Origin: Selaginella moellendorffii
Taxonomy: Eukaryota; Plantae; Lycopodiophyta
Assembly (NCBI RefSeq): GCF_000143415.4
Contig: NW_003314300.1
Coordinates: 656,825-720,824 of the forward strand
Direction of reading: 5' to 3'
DNA length: 64,000 bases
Part shown: positions 1-10,828 of the stretch, piece after piece
How positions within the stretch are numbered: the first letter of the stretch is position 1
Layout of the letters: every line of letters starts with the position of its first letter
Notes under the pieces: model-generated
The model's input: the letters and a program-made list of their open reading frames with translations, nothing else
What the model was told of the DNA's origin: nothing
Database searches by the model: none
Position numbers and translations under genes: made by a program

Positions 1-483
1 TAAAGTGAGTGATCTCTAAAGCAAATTCGCTGGTGGCAACACGTAACTTTGTTTTTTCAGGCATCGGCAAAGCAGGGAAGCTACTATCTTAAAGGCTATC
101 GAGGCCGGCGCAACGAGTGCGTTCGCCATAGTTTCCAGTGCGTACAAGCAGACAAACATATTGCTCTGGCCAGCAGCGTTGATCAACGTAAAGGTTCACG
201 TCGACCACCTGCAAAGGCAGCAAAAGCTACCACAGGTATAATTCTCACACCAGCGCTGCTATCGTGTATCGGCTAAACATCTACCGCGTTCTCATCGCAG
301 GGGTTTCCCGTGGAGAAATTCAAGCGTAGCTGCGGACTCGCTTTCAAAGTGCGATGGTTTGCGAGATTCATCGGTTCGTACGCTTTCCAGCGTAACGCAT
401 GGAGACTCCTGCTATGCCTTGTCGCGATTTTCTTCGTTTGGTACAAATGGGGCCAGGGATCGGGCGAGGAAGAAGAGTGGTGA
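1..483 (+). CDS. 3' end (last exons) of a metallo-beta-lactamase-fold, LACTB2-like hydrolase with C-terminal TM segment; partial
   Basis: Exons 61-234 and 301-483 with GT-AG introns read HRQSREATILKAIEAGATSAFAIVSSAY...WPAALINVKVHVDHL...LPQ/GFPVEKFKRSCGLAFKVRW...LLLCLVAIFFVWY...TGA(481-483). This resembles the C-terminus of plant LACTB2-like proteins (recalled). Not in the ORF track. Confidence 0.7.
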
Positions 484-1034
484 ATCTACCAACTTTGATA
501 GGTGACTATAAAACTCTCTTATACAGCATGGGACTAATATAATGCTCCTGACAATGTTATAAACAATGTATATACGCAAATTTCTTCCTTCTAGAACAAG
601 GTGGTGGATCGTCAAAACTCTAAGATATGATAGATTCAATCAGACAAAGAAACTCTAGCTGATACGTGTAACAATGATAAGAGCTGGTCTTGAAAACAAT
701 GCATATAGCGAGCTTGACTAAGCCTCGTAAAAGCAGGAGCCTCTGCTAGAGTAGAAGTGATACCTGGCATTCCACCAAGGACGCTGCTTTAGACAATGTG
801 ACGCCATGCTTGAACACCACGCTTGATTTTCCCCTGCGTTGAAGCTTTCCACCGCCCGCTTTTCTTTTCTTTTCTTTTTTTTTTTCTTTCTCCGAAGTAT
901 TGCTTCGTCAGTAGCTTCTCCAGTCCCTTTATCAAAGCGAGACGTTGATAGCTCTCGACAGAAGAACGCTCGCTCGATCGAAGAAGAACCGTGCCGAAAG
1001 AAAGAAATCTACTTGGCTTTTGCTCGCTGCGACG

Positions 1035-2307
1035 ATGGCTCGTAGAAGTTTTTGCTGCTCGATCACCACGGTGGTGGTGCTGGTCGCGGCATTCTTGCCG
1101 CTGCTGTGTGGAGCTCAAACTTTCCCAGCTCCGGCACCTGGACTGGCCTATGGATTCTACAACACCTCCTGTCCCAGCGCCGAGAGCACCGTCCAGCAAA
1201 TGATGCAGTCCATTCTCACCTCCAACATCTCCGAGGCCGCTGGGATCATCCGGCTCTTCTTCCACGACTGCTTCGTCCAGGTTGCTCGACCTTTCTCTCT
1301 CTCTCTTTGTTTCTTCCGAGTTGTTCTAGGAACTTTGCTGTGATCGCAGGGATGCGATGGCTCGCTTCTCATCAATGCTACCAACGGGGAGCTCTTCTCG
1401 ATCCCGAACTTGACCATTCGTCGCTCTGCTATTGCCATCGTGGAGCAGATCAAGGCGAGATTGGAGTCGGCCTGTCCGAACACTGTCTCTTGCTCGGATA
1501 TACTCGTCTTGGCTGCTCGAGAATCCGTGACCCAGGTACTACCAAAGTCCTGTAAGCTTTTGTCGTGCCAAACCTCACAACAAATCATGTGATCCTTTGC
1601 TGTGTTCTTGCCTTCTAAAAGGCTGGAGGACCATCGTTTCCTGTTCCAACCGGACGTCGCGACGGCACGACCTTCGCCACTAACCAGACTGTTCTCAGCT
1701 TCATCCCGGCTCCCAGCTTCAACTTCTCACAGCTTAACTCCTCCTTCCAGACCAAAGGCTTGAACGAAGCGGACTTAACAGCTCTCTCAGGTAAAGCAAG
1801 CTCCAAAACTTCTCTTGGACCGTTCCAAAAACTCTGTCCTCGCTGCCGCTGCTTTCAGGAGCTCACACCATCGGAATCGCGCACTGCTCGGCCTTCATTG
1901 GGAACCTGTATCCCAACGTCAGCTCCCGTTTCAACTCTTCCTTTGCACAGACCCTGTTGCAGTCCTGCCCAAGCAACACTTCCAACAACGTCGTCAACAT
2001 GGACCTGGTCACCCCGAATGCCTTCGACAGCCAGTACTTCAGCAACGTTCTCTCTGGCTCCGTCGACTTCGACTCGGACGCTGCTCTTCTTAACAGCACC
2101 ACCACGCAGAGCAGCGTGCAGGCTTTCGCAGCGAACCAGACCCAGTTCTTCAACCAGTTTGCCGTGAGCTTCATCAAGATGAGCATGATCGAAGTCCTGA
2201 CCAACTCGAGCGGGAACATTCGCAATGTCTGCTCGGTCTTCAACTCCAACAGCAGTAGCACTATTAGCCTGAACTCGTCCCCTGAGAACTTTGTCGAGCA
2301 AGTGTGA
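1035..2307 (+). CDS. Class III secretory heme peroxidase, 4 exons
   Basis: Signal peptide, FYNTSCP, distal RLFFHDCFVQ/GCDGS, CPNTVSCSDIL, GRRDG, proximal LSGAHTIG, TPNAFD and C-terminal IRNVC. Three GT-AG introns (starting 1281, 1536, 1791) at canonical class III positions. Confidence 0.96.
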
Positions 2308-2356
2308 GATTCACATTATTTGGCAATATCTACAAGCGAGACTTTCATCACCGATC

Positions 2357-3269
2357 TCAGTAATGAGAAACCTGTTGTTCTATGGGAGCGTTGTAGTGTC
2401 GCCTGCGAAGTTCTGATTCCGGCTCCAGAGGCTGTTGGAGGTAGAGTCTTGTGGGATCGTTTGGATCGATATATCTGGGAAAAGAACAAAAGTTCAATCA
2501 GATTACCGCACGAGGAAAACGACCAGACTCACGCATGGCGTATCATGTCGTCCACCGGTGCCTGGGTCTCTGGAATGGGATTTTGAGCAGCAGCACGCAT
2601 GGATTCAGTAGCACGGATGGATCGCAACAGGCCGAAGAAAATAGGAATGAAAGTTCCAACACCACCTTCTTTGAACAGAATCTTGAAAGGATATGGAGCG
2701 TAGAGTGCGGGATTGGCACCCTCTTGAATAACCTTAAAAAAACAGAGAGAAGAAAGTCACAAACAAATTTCGATGAAGGGAAAAACGATTTCTTAAGTCT
2801 GAAGAACTAGAAAAATTAACGAAAGGAAGGAACTTACAGGATGGACCTTCCCGGATAAGTTGTTGCAAAAGAAGATAGGCTGGTTGAAGCTCTCTTCGTG
2901 AATAAACATCTGTGGCAACAAAGGAAAAAATCACAGCTTTGTGAGGAAAAGGAGAAGATCTTGCAAAATAAATGCTATGCGTAAATTACCAGAGGCATGT
3001 CAAACGCGAAGAAATTCCCTACTGGCTGTCGCGCAACGAAGACGAGGCGAATATTGGACAGATAGATCGTCCCCTTGGTGACGATCTTGCCACTGGGAAC
3101 ACTGAAAAACCCAAGGAAATCCATGACTCGATTGAATCGATCGAGAATGCAATGCTTACTCTGGCAGCTTCTCGACCTGGAACTCCACGCCATCTCTGGC
3201 GAGCGCCAGAACCTCGTTCACAAACGGCAGCGGGAACCCGGATGGATGGAGCTGCGGATTGAGCGCCAT
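2357..3269 (-). CDS. WBP2/GRAM-like (UPF0664-type) conserved protein, multi-exon
   Basis: MALNPQLHPSGFPLPFVNEVLALARDGVEF...KGTIYLSNIRLVFVARQPVGNFFAFDMPL...HSFKILFKEGG...TPVDDMIRHA/IDPNDPTRLYLQQP...TGA at 2357-2359. Confidence 0.88.
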
Positions 3270-3348
3270 CGTCAAACCCTAAAATTTCGCCCAGAGAGGA
3301 GGACGAAGAACCCTAATATCTGAGAGGGGTTTAAGATAGAGTCGAGCT
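3270..3348. promoter_or_regulatory. 79-bp divergent intergenic region with telo-box motifs (AAACCCTAA, AACCCTAA)
   Basis: ATGs of head-to-head genes at 3269(-) and 3349(+). AAACCCTAA at ~3274 and AACCCTAA at ~3309. Confidence 0.6.
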
Positions 3349-4825
3349 ATGGTGTTGCGCCAATGCGTCTCGGCCCCGGCGGCGCTCGCCAATCGCTCGC
3401 TCTTCCCTTCCAAGGACTGGTGCATTGCGCTCCAGAGCAGTGGGCGCGTCCAGCGCGGTTTCCAGTCGGCGGTATGCGTCCACGGGCCAATGCTGGGCAG
3501 GATTCGCGCGAATGCGACGAGGAAGAAGCCCGTGTCGATCGATTCTCTCAAGAACAAGAGCCCTCCGCCAGTGGTGAGCTTGACAGGAGTGTCGCCGCAT
3601 CCAAATGTTTACAGGGATTTCTCGGATGGAGACGACGAGGCCGAGCCAGAGGGTAGCGTCATCCAGCTCAAGAAATCTCCCTCGAGCAAGAAGAAATCCA
3701 ATGCCAGGCCGCCAAAGAAGGAGCTGCGATTCAGTGACTCCGAGGAGGAGCAAGAAGAGATGGATGCTCAAGCAAGTGATAGTGATGAAGAGCTAGAAGA
3801 AGAAGATGATGATGATGATCAAACCGGAGAGATATCGCGAAAGCCAGTGCTCACACTTCCGCAAGAGAAAAACGTGGAGGATCTCATGAACAGCTCCCGA
3901 GCGATTCTCTACGAGAGATTCGTGTTCAAGCATCTCGGAGAGAGGCCGACGAGGCAGCTGTTTGGTTCAAACATCCACGTCCTGGGCAACGCGTCCCGGG
4001 TGAAGATAAACTCGGTGGAGTTTATCAAGAGCAGCGATGGGATCAAGGACTGTCCCATGGATGGTTTTCCAGAGGTGGCTTTCGTTGGGCGATCCAACGT
4101 CGGGAAGTCCTCGCTCGTGAATCTTCTCATGGAGAGGAAGAGCTTGGCTTTGGTGTCGAAGAAACCCGGTAAGTTCTTCACGGTTTTGATCTTCTTCTTG
4201 GAAGAACTTTGGAATTTCTTTTTGCCAGGGAAAACGCAGCTTATCAACCATTTTCTCGTCAACAAGCGATGGTATCTGGTGGATTTGCCGGGTTACGGGT
4301 ATGATCTTTCAGCGTTTCTCGTTGTTCTTCCATGGTTTTAACTCTTGGTTTTGGTTTCTTAGTTTTGCAAGCGCTCCAAAAACTTTGTGTGTCAAGTGGA
4401 ACGAATTCACCAAGGATTACTTCCTCAAGAGGAAGACGCTCGTCATGGTTGTCCAGCTGATCGACTCCTCCATCCCCGTGCAGCAGATCGACATCGATTG
4501 CGCGACTTGGCTCAAGCAACACAACGTAAGTCTCGATCGAGCGAGCGAGTATTCGCAAAAACTCCTTTTTTGTTGGTTTTAATCCTTGGTTTCTTGGCGA
4601 TCGTAGATCCCATCGACGCTGGCTTTCACGAAGTGCGATCGAAAGAAGAAGAAGAGGAAAACCGGAGGAAAGCATCCGGTGGACAATGTGGTGGAGTTCT
4701 TGCAGCAAATGAGGCTGGTAACTACGCAAACTTACCCGTGGATTTTGACGAGCTGCGTTACCGGGCAAGGCAGGGACGAGCTGATGATGCACATAGAAGA
4801 GTTTCGAAATTACTGGCACAGTTAA
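3349..4825 (+). CDS. EngB/YihA-family ribosome-biogenesis GTPase with probable organellar transit peptide
   Basis: [16 protein letters not shown] (G1), SKKPG/KTQ (G2), LVDLPGYG (G3), FTKCD (G4). Three introns; ends RNYWHS-TAA at 4823-4825. Confidence 0.93.
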
Positions 4826-5314
4826 AAAGTAAATCTCGGTTAAAACAGAGCGGGGTTTAACAAGCGGCGCCGCTATGGGCGAAGCGGCGCCACCAACCTC
4901 ACGATATAAAATGTGTTGCCATAAACCCTAGTTTGTGGAGTGGAGGGAATTTAGGGCGAGCGCGGAAGAACACGACGCAATGACCCCAGCGCGCGCGAGG
5001 CAGGGCAACGGCGCACTCCGGATTCGGCTGTGATCGTCTCGGATTCTCCTCAGCTTCTCTCCAGGTTGGTCTTTTCTTTCTTCCTTCGGATTTCCTTCGT
5101 GTCGCGTGTAAATCTCGTTGCTCGTTTGTGGATTTCGCGCAATCGCTGTGAGTGTGTCGAGAGTGGGAGGGAATTGGGAGAGATCTAGTATAGGAAAATG
5201 CGGTGTCGGGATGGATTGAGAGAGGGAAAGAGGTGTTGACGGAATTTACATGTGAGGCGTTCTTTCAAGCTAGTTTTTGGGGGGGAGGGGAAGGGAGAGG
5301 GAGAGATAGAAAAA

Positions 5315-6342
5315 ATGCCAAACTCCACGGAGGAAGGGGGAGGGAGCTCTGGGGGTAATCACTCTGGGTCGGGGTCTAGGAAGGAGAAGAAGAAGCAGGC
5401 CAAGGAAGAGAGGGACCGACTCAAACAGGCCGAGAAGAAGAAGCGCAGGCTTGAGAAGGCGCTAGCAACTGCGGCGGCAATTCGATCCGAGCTCGAGAAG
5501 AAGAAGCAGCGGAGAAAAGAGGAGGAGCAGCGGCTGGACGAGGAAGGTGCTGCTCTCGCCGAGGCTGTGGCTCTGCAAGTTTTGGTCGAGGAGGACTTTG
5601 AAGGTGGCGGAAAAGTAGAACAGGAGGAGGTTTGTAGCTTGGAAAGTGATGAGAGCGTTGTTGGTGAGACGAGGAGGCAGTCGGGGGGTGTTTTCAGTGG
5701 GCAGCGAGTGTCGGGAAGCTCGACTTCTACTACGGAGAATGTGAGGAAGGGGACGAACACGAACGAGAAGGGGTCATGGGTTTGTGAGTGGGACTCGCCG
5801 GTGGGAGGGGGGCAGAATGACGATGAGTTCCTTAGCAAGAAGGGACTTATCACCACGGCCGAGGAGAAGGCGAGAGTTAGCACCGAGAGAGCTAAAGCAG
5901 CGGAGATGGCCGCTGGACTTGCTGCTGCGCAGGCTGTGGCTGCTCTCAGGATCGCCGAAGAGGCTCGAGCTGAGGCTGAGGCTGCCAAGAAAGCCGCAGA
6001 AGCGGCCATGATCGAAGCACTTGATCAGCGTGATCCTCAGCACAAGAGAGACCAAGAGATGGTAAACGTTCCAGTTGTCCATGTTTTGGGATGACGAAAC
6101 TTACCGCTTTCTTGCAGAGTGTGGTGCGTGAACCCGAGGAAGACAAGGCGGAGTTGAAAGCGAGGCTTATCGAGACGGAGAAGAAGTTATTGGAGAAAAC
6201 CAGAAGGGTTTCAGAGCTGGAGCAGAACCTTGATGAGGTTACTCAATACTTACTGGAGTTCAAAGCCAAGTTTGAGAGCGATAAGAACGCTACGATTCTC
6301 AGCTGCACAGCGGACGGAGTTACATCACAGGTGGGACAGTAG
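5315..6342 (+). CDS. Uncharacterised plant coiled-coil protein with basic NLS-like stretches, 2 coding exons
   Basis: ERDRLKQAEKKKRRLEKALATAAAIRSELEKKKQ...LDEEGAALAEAVAL resembles a conserved plant family (recalled). Intron 6062-6117 joins in frame to ORF 6091..6342. Probable 5'UTR intron from ~5065. Confidence 0.75.
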
Positions 6343-6879
6343 GCCATTTTGCGAGTAAGTCCATACGGAGGTGACGCAGCCACCGCTGCTGATCCTGTGG
6401 ATCGCTTGGCATGGGGGCTCGTACGTAGTATCAGTCAGTGGATCATCGTCAAGGCAAGTTCTAAGGCAGCACTATGGTGGACGCTGCTGCACAGATGATG
6501 GGGTACTATGGCTTTCAGAGCTATGGAATTCCTGGTTTCGGCTGGCAATACGGGGGATAAGGATAGGACAGGACTCAGTTGCGTGGCCGAGACGATACGA
6601 AAATGGAGATATGTTCAAGCGAGAAGGAAGCGATGAGCAGATAAAACGAAGATAATTGTCTATAGACTCGGTCGGGGGCTTCGGACAAATAACAAGCTTT
6701 ATATCCTTGGTGGACATTGAGGCTGCTGATGTGGATGGACCAAAATCCAGTCTTGGGAATTACGTGGCAGAGTGGAGACCGCAGGGTTGAATGTTTGTTT
6801 CACGCAAAGTCTCTCTCGGCAGCTACAACTACTCTAGCACTTGCACAATGGCGTGGTGACTGATTTGTGGAGCACCCAT

Positions 6880-9320
6880 ATGGGGATTCTATCGCCGGTG
6901 TTTGCAGCAGCAGTTTTGACACCGTCGAGGCCGTCCAGTAGCCAGCAGCAGGATGTCTTGAGCTATGAGGCCGGTCAGCGATTGTACTTGGATCCCAGGG
7001 CAGGGAATGTGTCTGCCGCTCTTGCTCAGAATTATGTGAAGCCGACTGTTTCTCGAGCAGCTAGCCAGAGAAATGATGACGCCGAAGCTGAGGCAAGGGC
7101 CCTCGCACGAGCTGTGAATGCTCCGAAGTATGATCCGGCTGAGCTCTCTAGGCGCTATGGAGGACAGCCACTCCAGGTACTTAATTTTCAGTGTTTGTAG
7201 TTTTGTCTCCCAAGAATGGAGTTTTTGGATTGATTGTTTGTCGCAGGTGACTAGAAGGACGCTGAATATACTGCTCGAGCTTGGCTCGTTTGCAGCCGAT
7301 TTGTACTTGGACAAGCAAAGAGGCGAGCTAGAGCGGAACAAACGAGTCCGTGCAATTCAACTCAGGCAGAAGCTTACAAAGCTTGGTCCTACTTTTGTGA
7401 AGATTGGCCAGGGGTTATCAACCCGTCCAGATTTGTGTCCGCCCGAGTACCTTGAAGAGCTTGCTGAGCTTCAGGTAAGCACCCATATTTCACAGCATGG
7501 CAAGTGAGTAACGCTTGCTTTCCAGGATGCTTTGCCAACTTTTCCCGATGCCGAGGCATTTTCATGGATTGAAAGTGAACTCGGGGCAAGGCTTGAAGAC
7601 GTTTACTCTTCTATAACTCCGTCTCCGGTAGCAGCTGCTAGTTTAGGACAGGTTTACAAAGCGGTTTTGCGATCTACTGGAGAAGTTGTTGCTGTGAAGG
7701 TACAGCGGCCAGGTATAGCTCAAGCCATTGGCCTCGATTTTTTTCTTCTCAGGAACGTATGCCAACTCATTGATAAGTATGTGGATGTTGTTACTACTAA
7801 TGTCGTTGCTCTGCTGGATGAATTTGCTAGCCGAGTATATCAAGAGCTTAATTACGTTCAGGTGGGTGCTACATTTTCTCTCCAGTTGTGTTTCGCTAAC
7901 GTTTGTTTCCTTTTTACCAGGAAGGCTTTAATGCGAAGAAGTTTATGGAGTTATATGGAGACAGGGTAGACGTCAAAGTACCCAGTATTTGCTGGGATTA
8001 CACAAGCGTGAAGGTCTTGACTATGGAATGGATTGATGGCACCAAGCTTAGCGAACAGAAGGTTATCGAAAGCCAGGGACTCAACGTTTTGAAGATGGTG
8101 GACATCGGCATTCAGTGCAGCCTTCGTCAGCTTCTGGAGTATGGTTACTTCCATGCGGATCCTCATCCCGGGAATTTACTCGCAACTCCAGAAGGGAAGC
8201 TGGCTTTTATAGATTTCGGGATGATGAGTGACACTCCGCCTCAAGCAAGGTTCGCAATCATCGGGCATGTTGTCCATATGGTAAATCGGGACTACGAGGC
8301 TATGGCTCGGGATTACTACGCACTTGACTTTCTATCCCCGGACGTGGATGTCTCTCCAATAGTTCCCGCGTTGAAGTCTTTCTTCGATGATGTTCTGGAC
8401 GCCACCGTAAGCGAACTCAACTTCAAGACAATTGTGGACGGACTTGGAGCTGTTCTTTACCAGTATCCTTTTGATGGTACGTGCCTTCTGGATTGTAAAC
8501 TTGCCTCACTAATGTTTCTTTTCTCTCTTTTTCTTTTTTCAGTTCCACCATACTATGCTTTGATCTTGAGGTCCTTGACGGTGCTCGAAGGCTTGGCCCT
8601 GTATACCGATCCAAATTTTAAAGTTCTCGCGGCTGCTTATCCATACTTCGCAAAGAGGCTGCTCACGGATCCAAATCCTTACTTGCGTGATGCTCTGGTT
8701 GAGCTCCTTTTCAAAGATGGTAGCTTCAGGTAGGCCTCCCAATTGTTTTTTTTCTTTCTTCGTGTGTCTTACTCTTGTGCTTCAGGTGGCAGAGGTTAGA
8801 AAATCTACTAGTCCAGGGACGGAAGTCGTCCGATTTTGTAGCAAAAGATGCGTTACAGCCCGTTTTGCAGCTCATGCTCGGAGAGGAAGGAGCTGAGCTC
8901 CGCCGCCTCGTCGAGAAAGAAGCAGTACGAGTCCTGGAGGCGCTCGTCATCGGTAGCACGGTAGAAGGTTACAAGTCCTTGCCGGAGCCCCTCAAGTTCA
9001 TAGTCAACAGGGGCAACAACGGGCGCGTGATCGCTCTCAAAGAACACGAAGAGGCCCAGATGCTCAAGCTTCGCCAGCAGGTGCTTCGGGTGTGGGGTCT
9101 CCTTCGAACATCCTCGGGTTTTGATCCAGCAATGCTTCAACCGGTTGTCGAGGTAAGAGAAACTCTTTGAAAACTTCGTTCGTCACTGTTTTCATGGCAG
9201 ATTCTCAGGCTCCCGGAAGCACAGTCTATGGGTGCCCACGTTGCGACAGGCTTGACTAAACGTCTCGCTGCGCGACTGTTGCAGCAACTTCTCAAGCCAG
9301 CGACACCATTGCCAGCTTAA
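6880..9320 (+). CDS. ABC1K3: ABC1/UbiB atypical kinase, plastid ABC1K3-like
   Basis: AEARALARA...[64 protein letters not shown]. Seven exons with GT-AG introns; stop 9318-9320. Confidence 0.92.
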
Positions 9321-9447
9321 GCACCTTGTAAAAAATTGTTCGCTGTAAGCTCAGAATTATGGATTAATGTATTAACTTGGTTTATAAAGATCCTTTACGA
9401 TTAAGCTAGGGCTTGTATTCTTCCAATTTTATTTTTTCTTCAGCGCC

Positions 9448-10092
9448 ATGAAAAGGACGAGAGAGTATGGGGATTGGAGTTTTTCTACGCTCGACATCGC
9501 CACCAAAGAAAAAAAGAAAAGGGTGAAGGTGACACACAATTCTTTGCCGCTACCACCAGCTTTGGAGGAGAAACCCACTCTTGTGTTAGACATGGACGAA
9601 ACACTAATCCATGCCCACAAGGCCACAGCATCCCTCAAGCTCTTCAGTGGGAAAATTCTTCCATTGGAGCGCTACCTTGTGGCAAAGAGGCCAGGCGTGG
9701 ATATATTTCTAGATGAGATGAGTAAGATCTACGAGATTGTGGTTTTTACTCGAGCCGTGAAGCCATATGCGGACAGGATTTTGGATAGGCTCGACCCAGC
9801 TGGGAATCTCTTCGCCCATCGCCTCTACAGGGATTCGTGCTCGACCAAGGAAGTCGGAGGGAGAAAGGTTGTGAAAGATCTTTCGAGATTAGGGCGGGAC
9901 CTCAGACACACAGTGATCGTGGACGACAAGCCAGAGTCCTTTTTCTTGCAGCCCAACAATGGAATTGTCATCCGAGCATTCAAAAACAGGAAAGGGCATA
10001 AGTATGATGAATTGAAGACAATAAGCAATCTACTCAAGGAAATTGCAAGAGTTGAAGACGTAAGGCAAGCATTGGAGAAGGTAAAAAGTTAA
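9448..10092 (+). CDS. CTD small phosphatase-like (SCP/FCP1/NIF HAD domain), intronless
   Basis: PTLVLDMDETLIH (DxDxT), KRPGVDIFL, YEIVVFT, HRLYRDSC, VKDLSRLGRDL, VIVDDKP. Confidence 0.9.
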   Translation: MKRTREYGDWSFSTLDIATKEKKKRVKVTHNSLPLPPALEEKPTLVLDMDETLIHAHKATASLKLFSGKILPLERYLVAKRPGVDIFLDEMSKIYEIVVFTRAVKPYADRILDRLDPAGNLFAHRLYRDSCSTKEVGGRKVVKDLSRLGRDLRHTVIVDDKPESFFLQPNNGIVIRAFKNRKGHKYDELKTISNLLKEIARVEDVRQALEKVKS

Positions 10093-10828
10093 ACAAAAAA
10101 TCTCATAAAAAGAAACTCATGTATCCACTGTTTATGCTGTAACACTGCTCACTCTAAACTGATTGGGGCATTGTTTTTCTCATGTCCAATTTAAACTTTG
10201 GAAACAATGTCAAGCATCTTGAGTTTCAGTCTGATTAATCACTTGAGAGCCAATAGATAATTGTGCTACTTAAGCAGCAGTGTAAAGAGAGACAATCGAT
10301 ATATTATGCAAAGAGGAGGTGCTCACCGCCGAGGGACACCTGCCGCAGCTCAGCACCCCCGATGTCGTGATCCCAGTGTTGCTACGCCGAGAACATGTCC
10401 TGTCCTGAAACGCACCATAGAGCCTCTCAAAATCTCATGGCTCGATTAACTGGCCTATCCTTTTAGCATGGCAGTTAGCAATAACACTGTGCATTACTTA
10501 GAAACCGTCAGAGATAACCAAGATCTCAGTAGGACGAACTTCTTAAAACTTGAGGAAAAAGATTGACAGATCTTGAGATCCTCTGGAGATATCAGCTGCT
10601 GGATGTGGTGGAGGCAGAGCAGAACCTCAGGTCAGACCCTGCTTATCTTTCTTACTATCACTCGCATGTCCAAGCCACTTCTTTGAGTGGTGCTAGACGC
10701 TCCACATCTTCTTCTCTCCAAACATTATAGTTTACTGTGTGTTCTTTCTCACAGCACGAAACCTCAGAGCTATAGAAACGTTAGCTTTCAATGAAAACAG
10801 TTCAAAGTTGATACTAGAGAAATGGACA

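Noticed and set aside
5359-6009. Long antisense ORFs (also 789-1265, 1855-2301, 4259-4819, 10871-11554, 49670-50221)
   Set aside because: Shadow ORFs of GC-rich coding exons on the opposite strand, with no independent motifs.
10100-10730. Possible gene between the SCP phosphatase and the first PPR
   Set aside because: Only a 62-aa non-ATG ORF with no recognisable motif or convincing splice structure.
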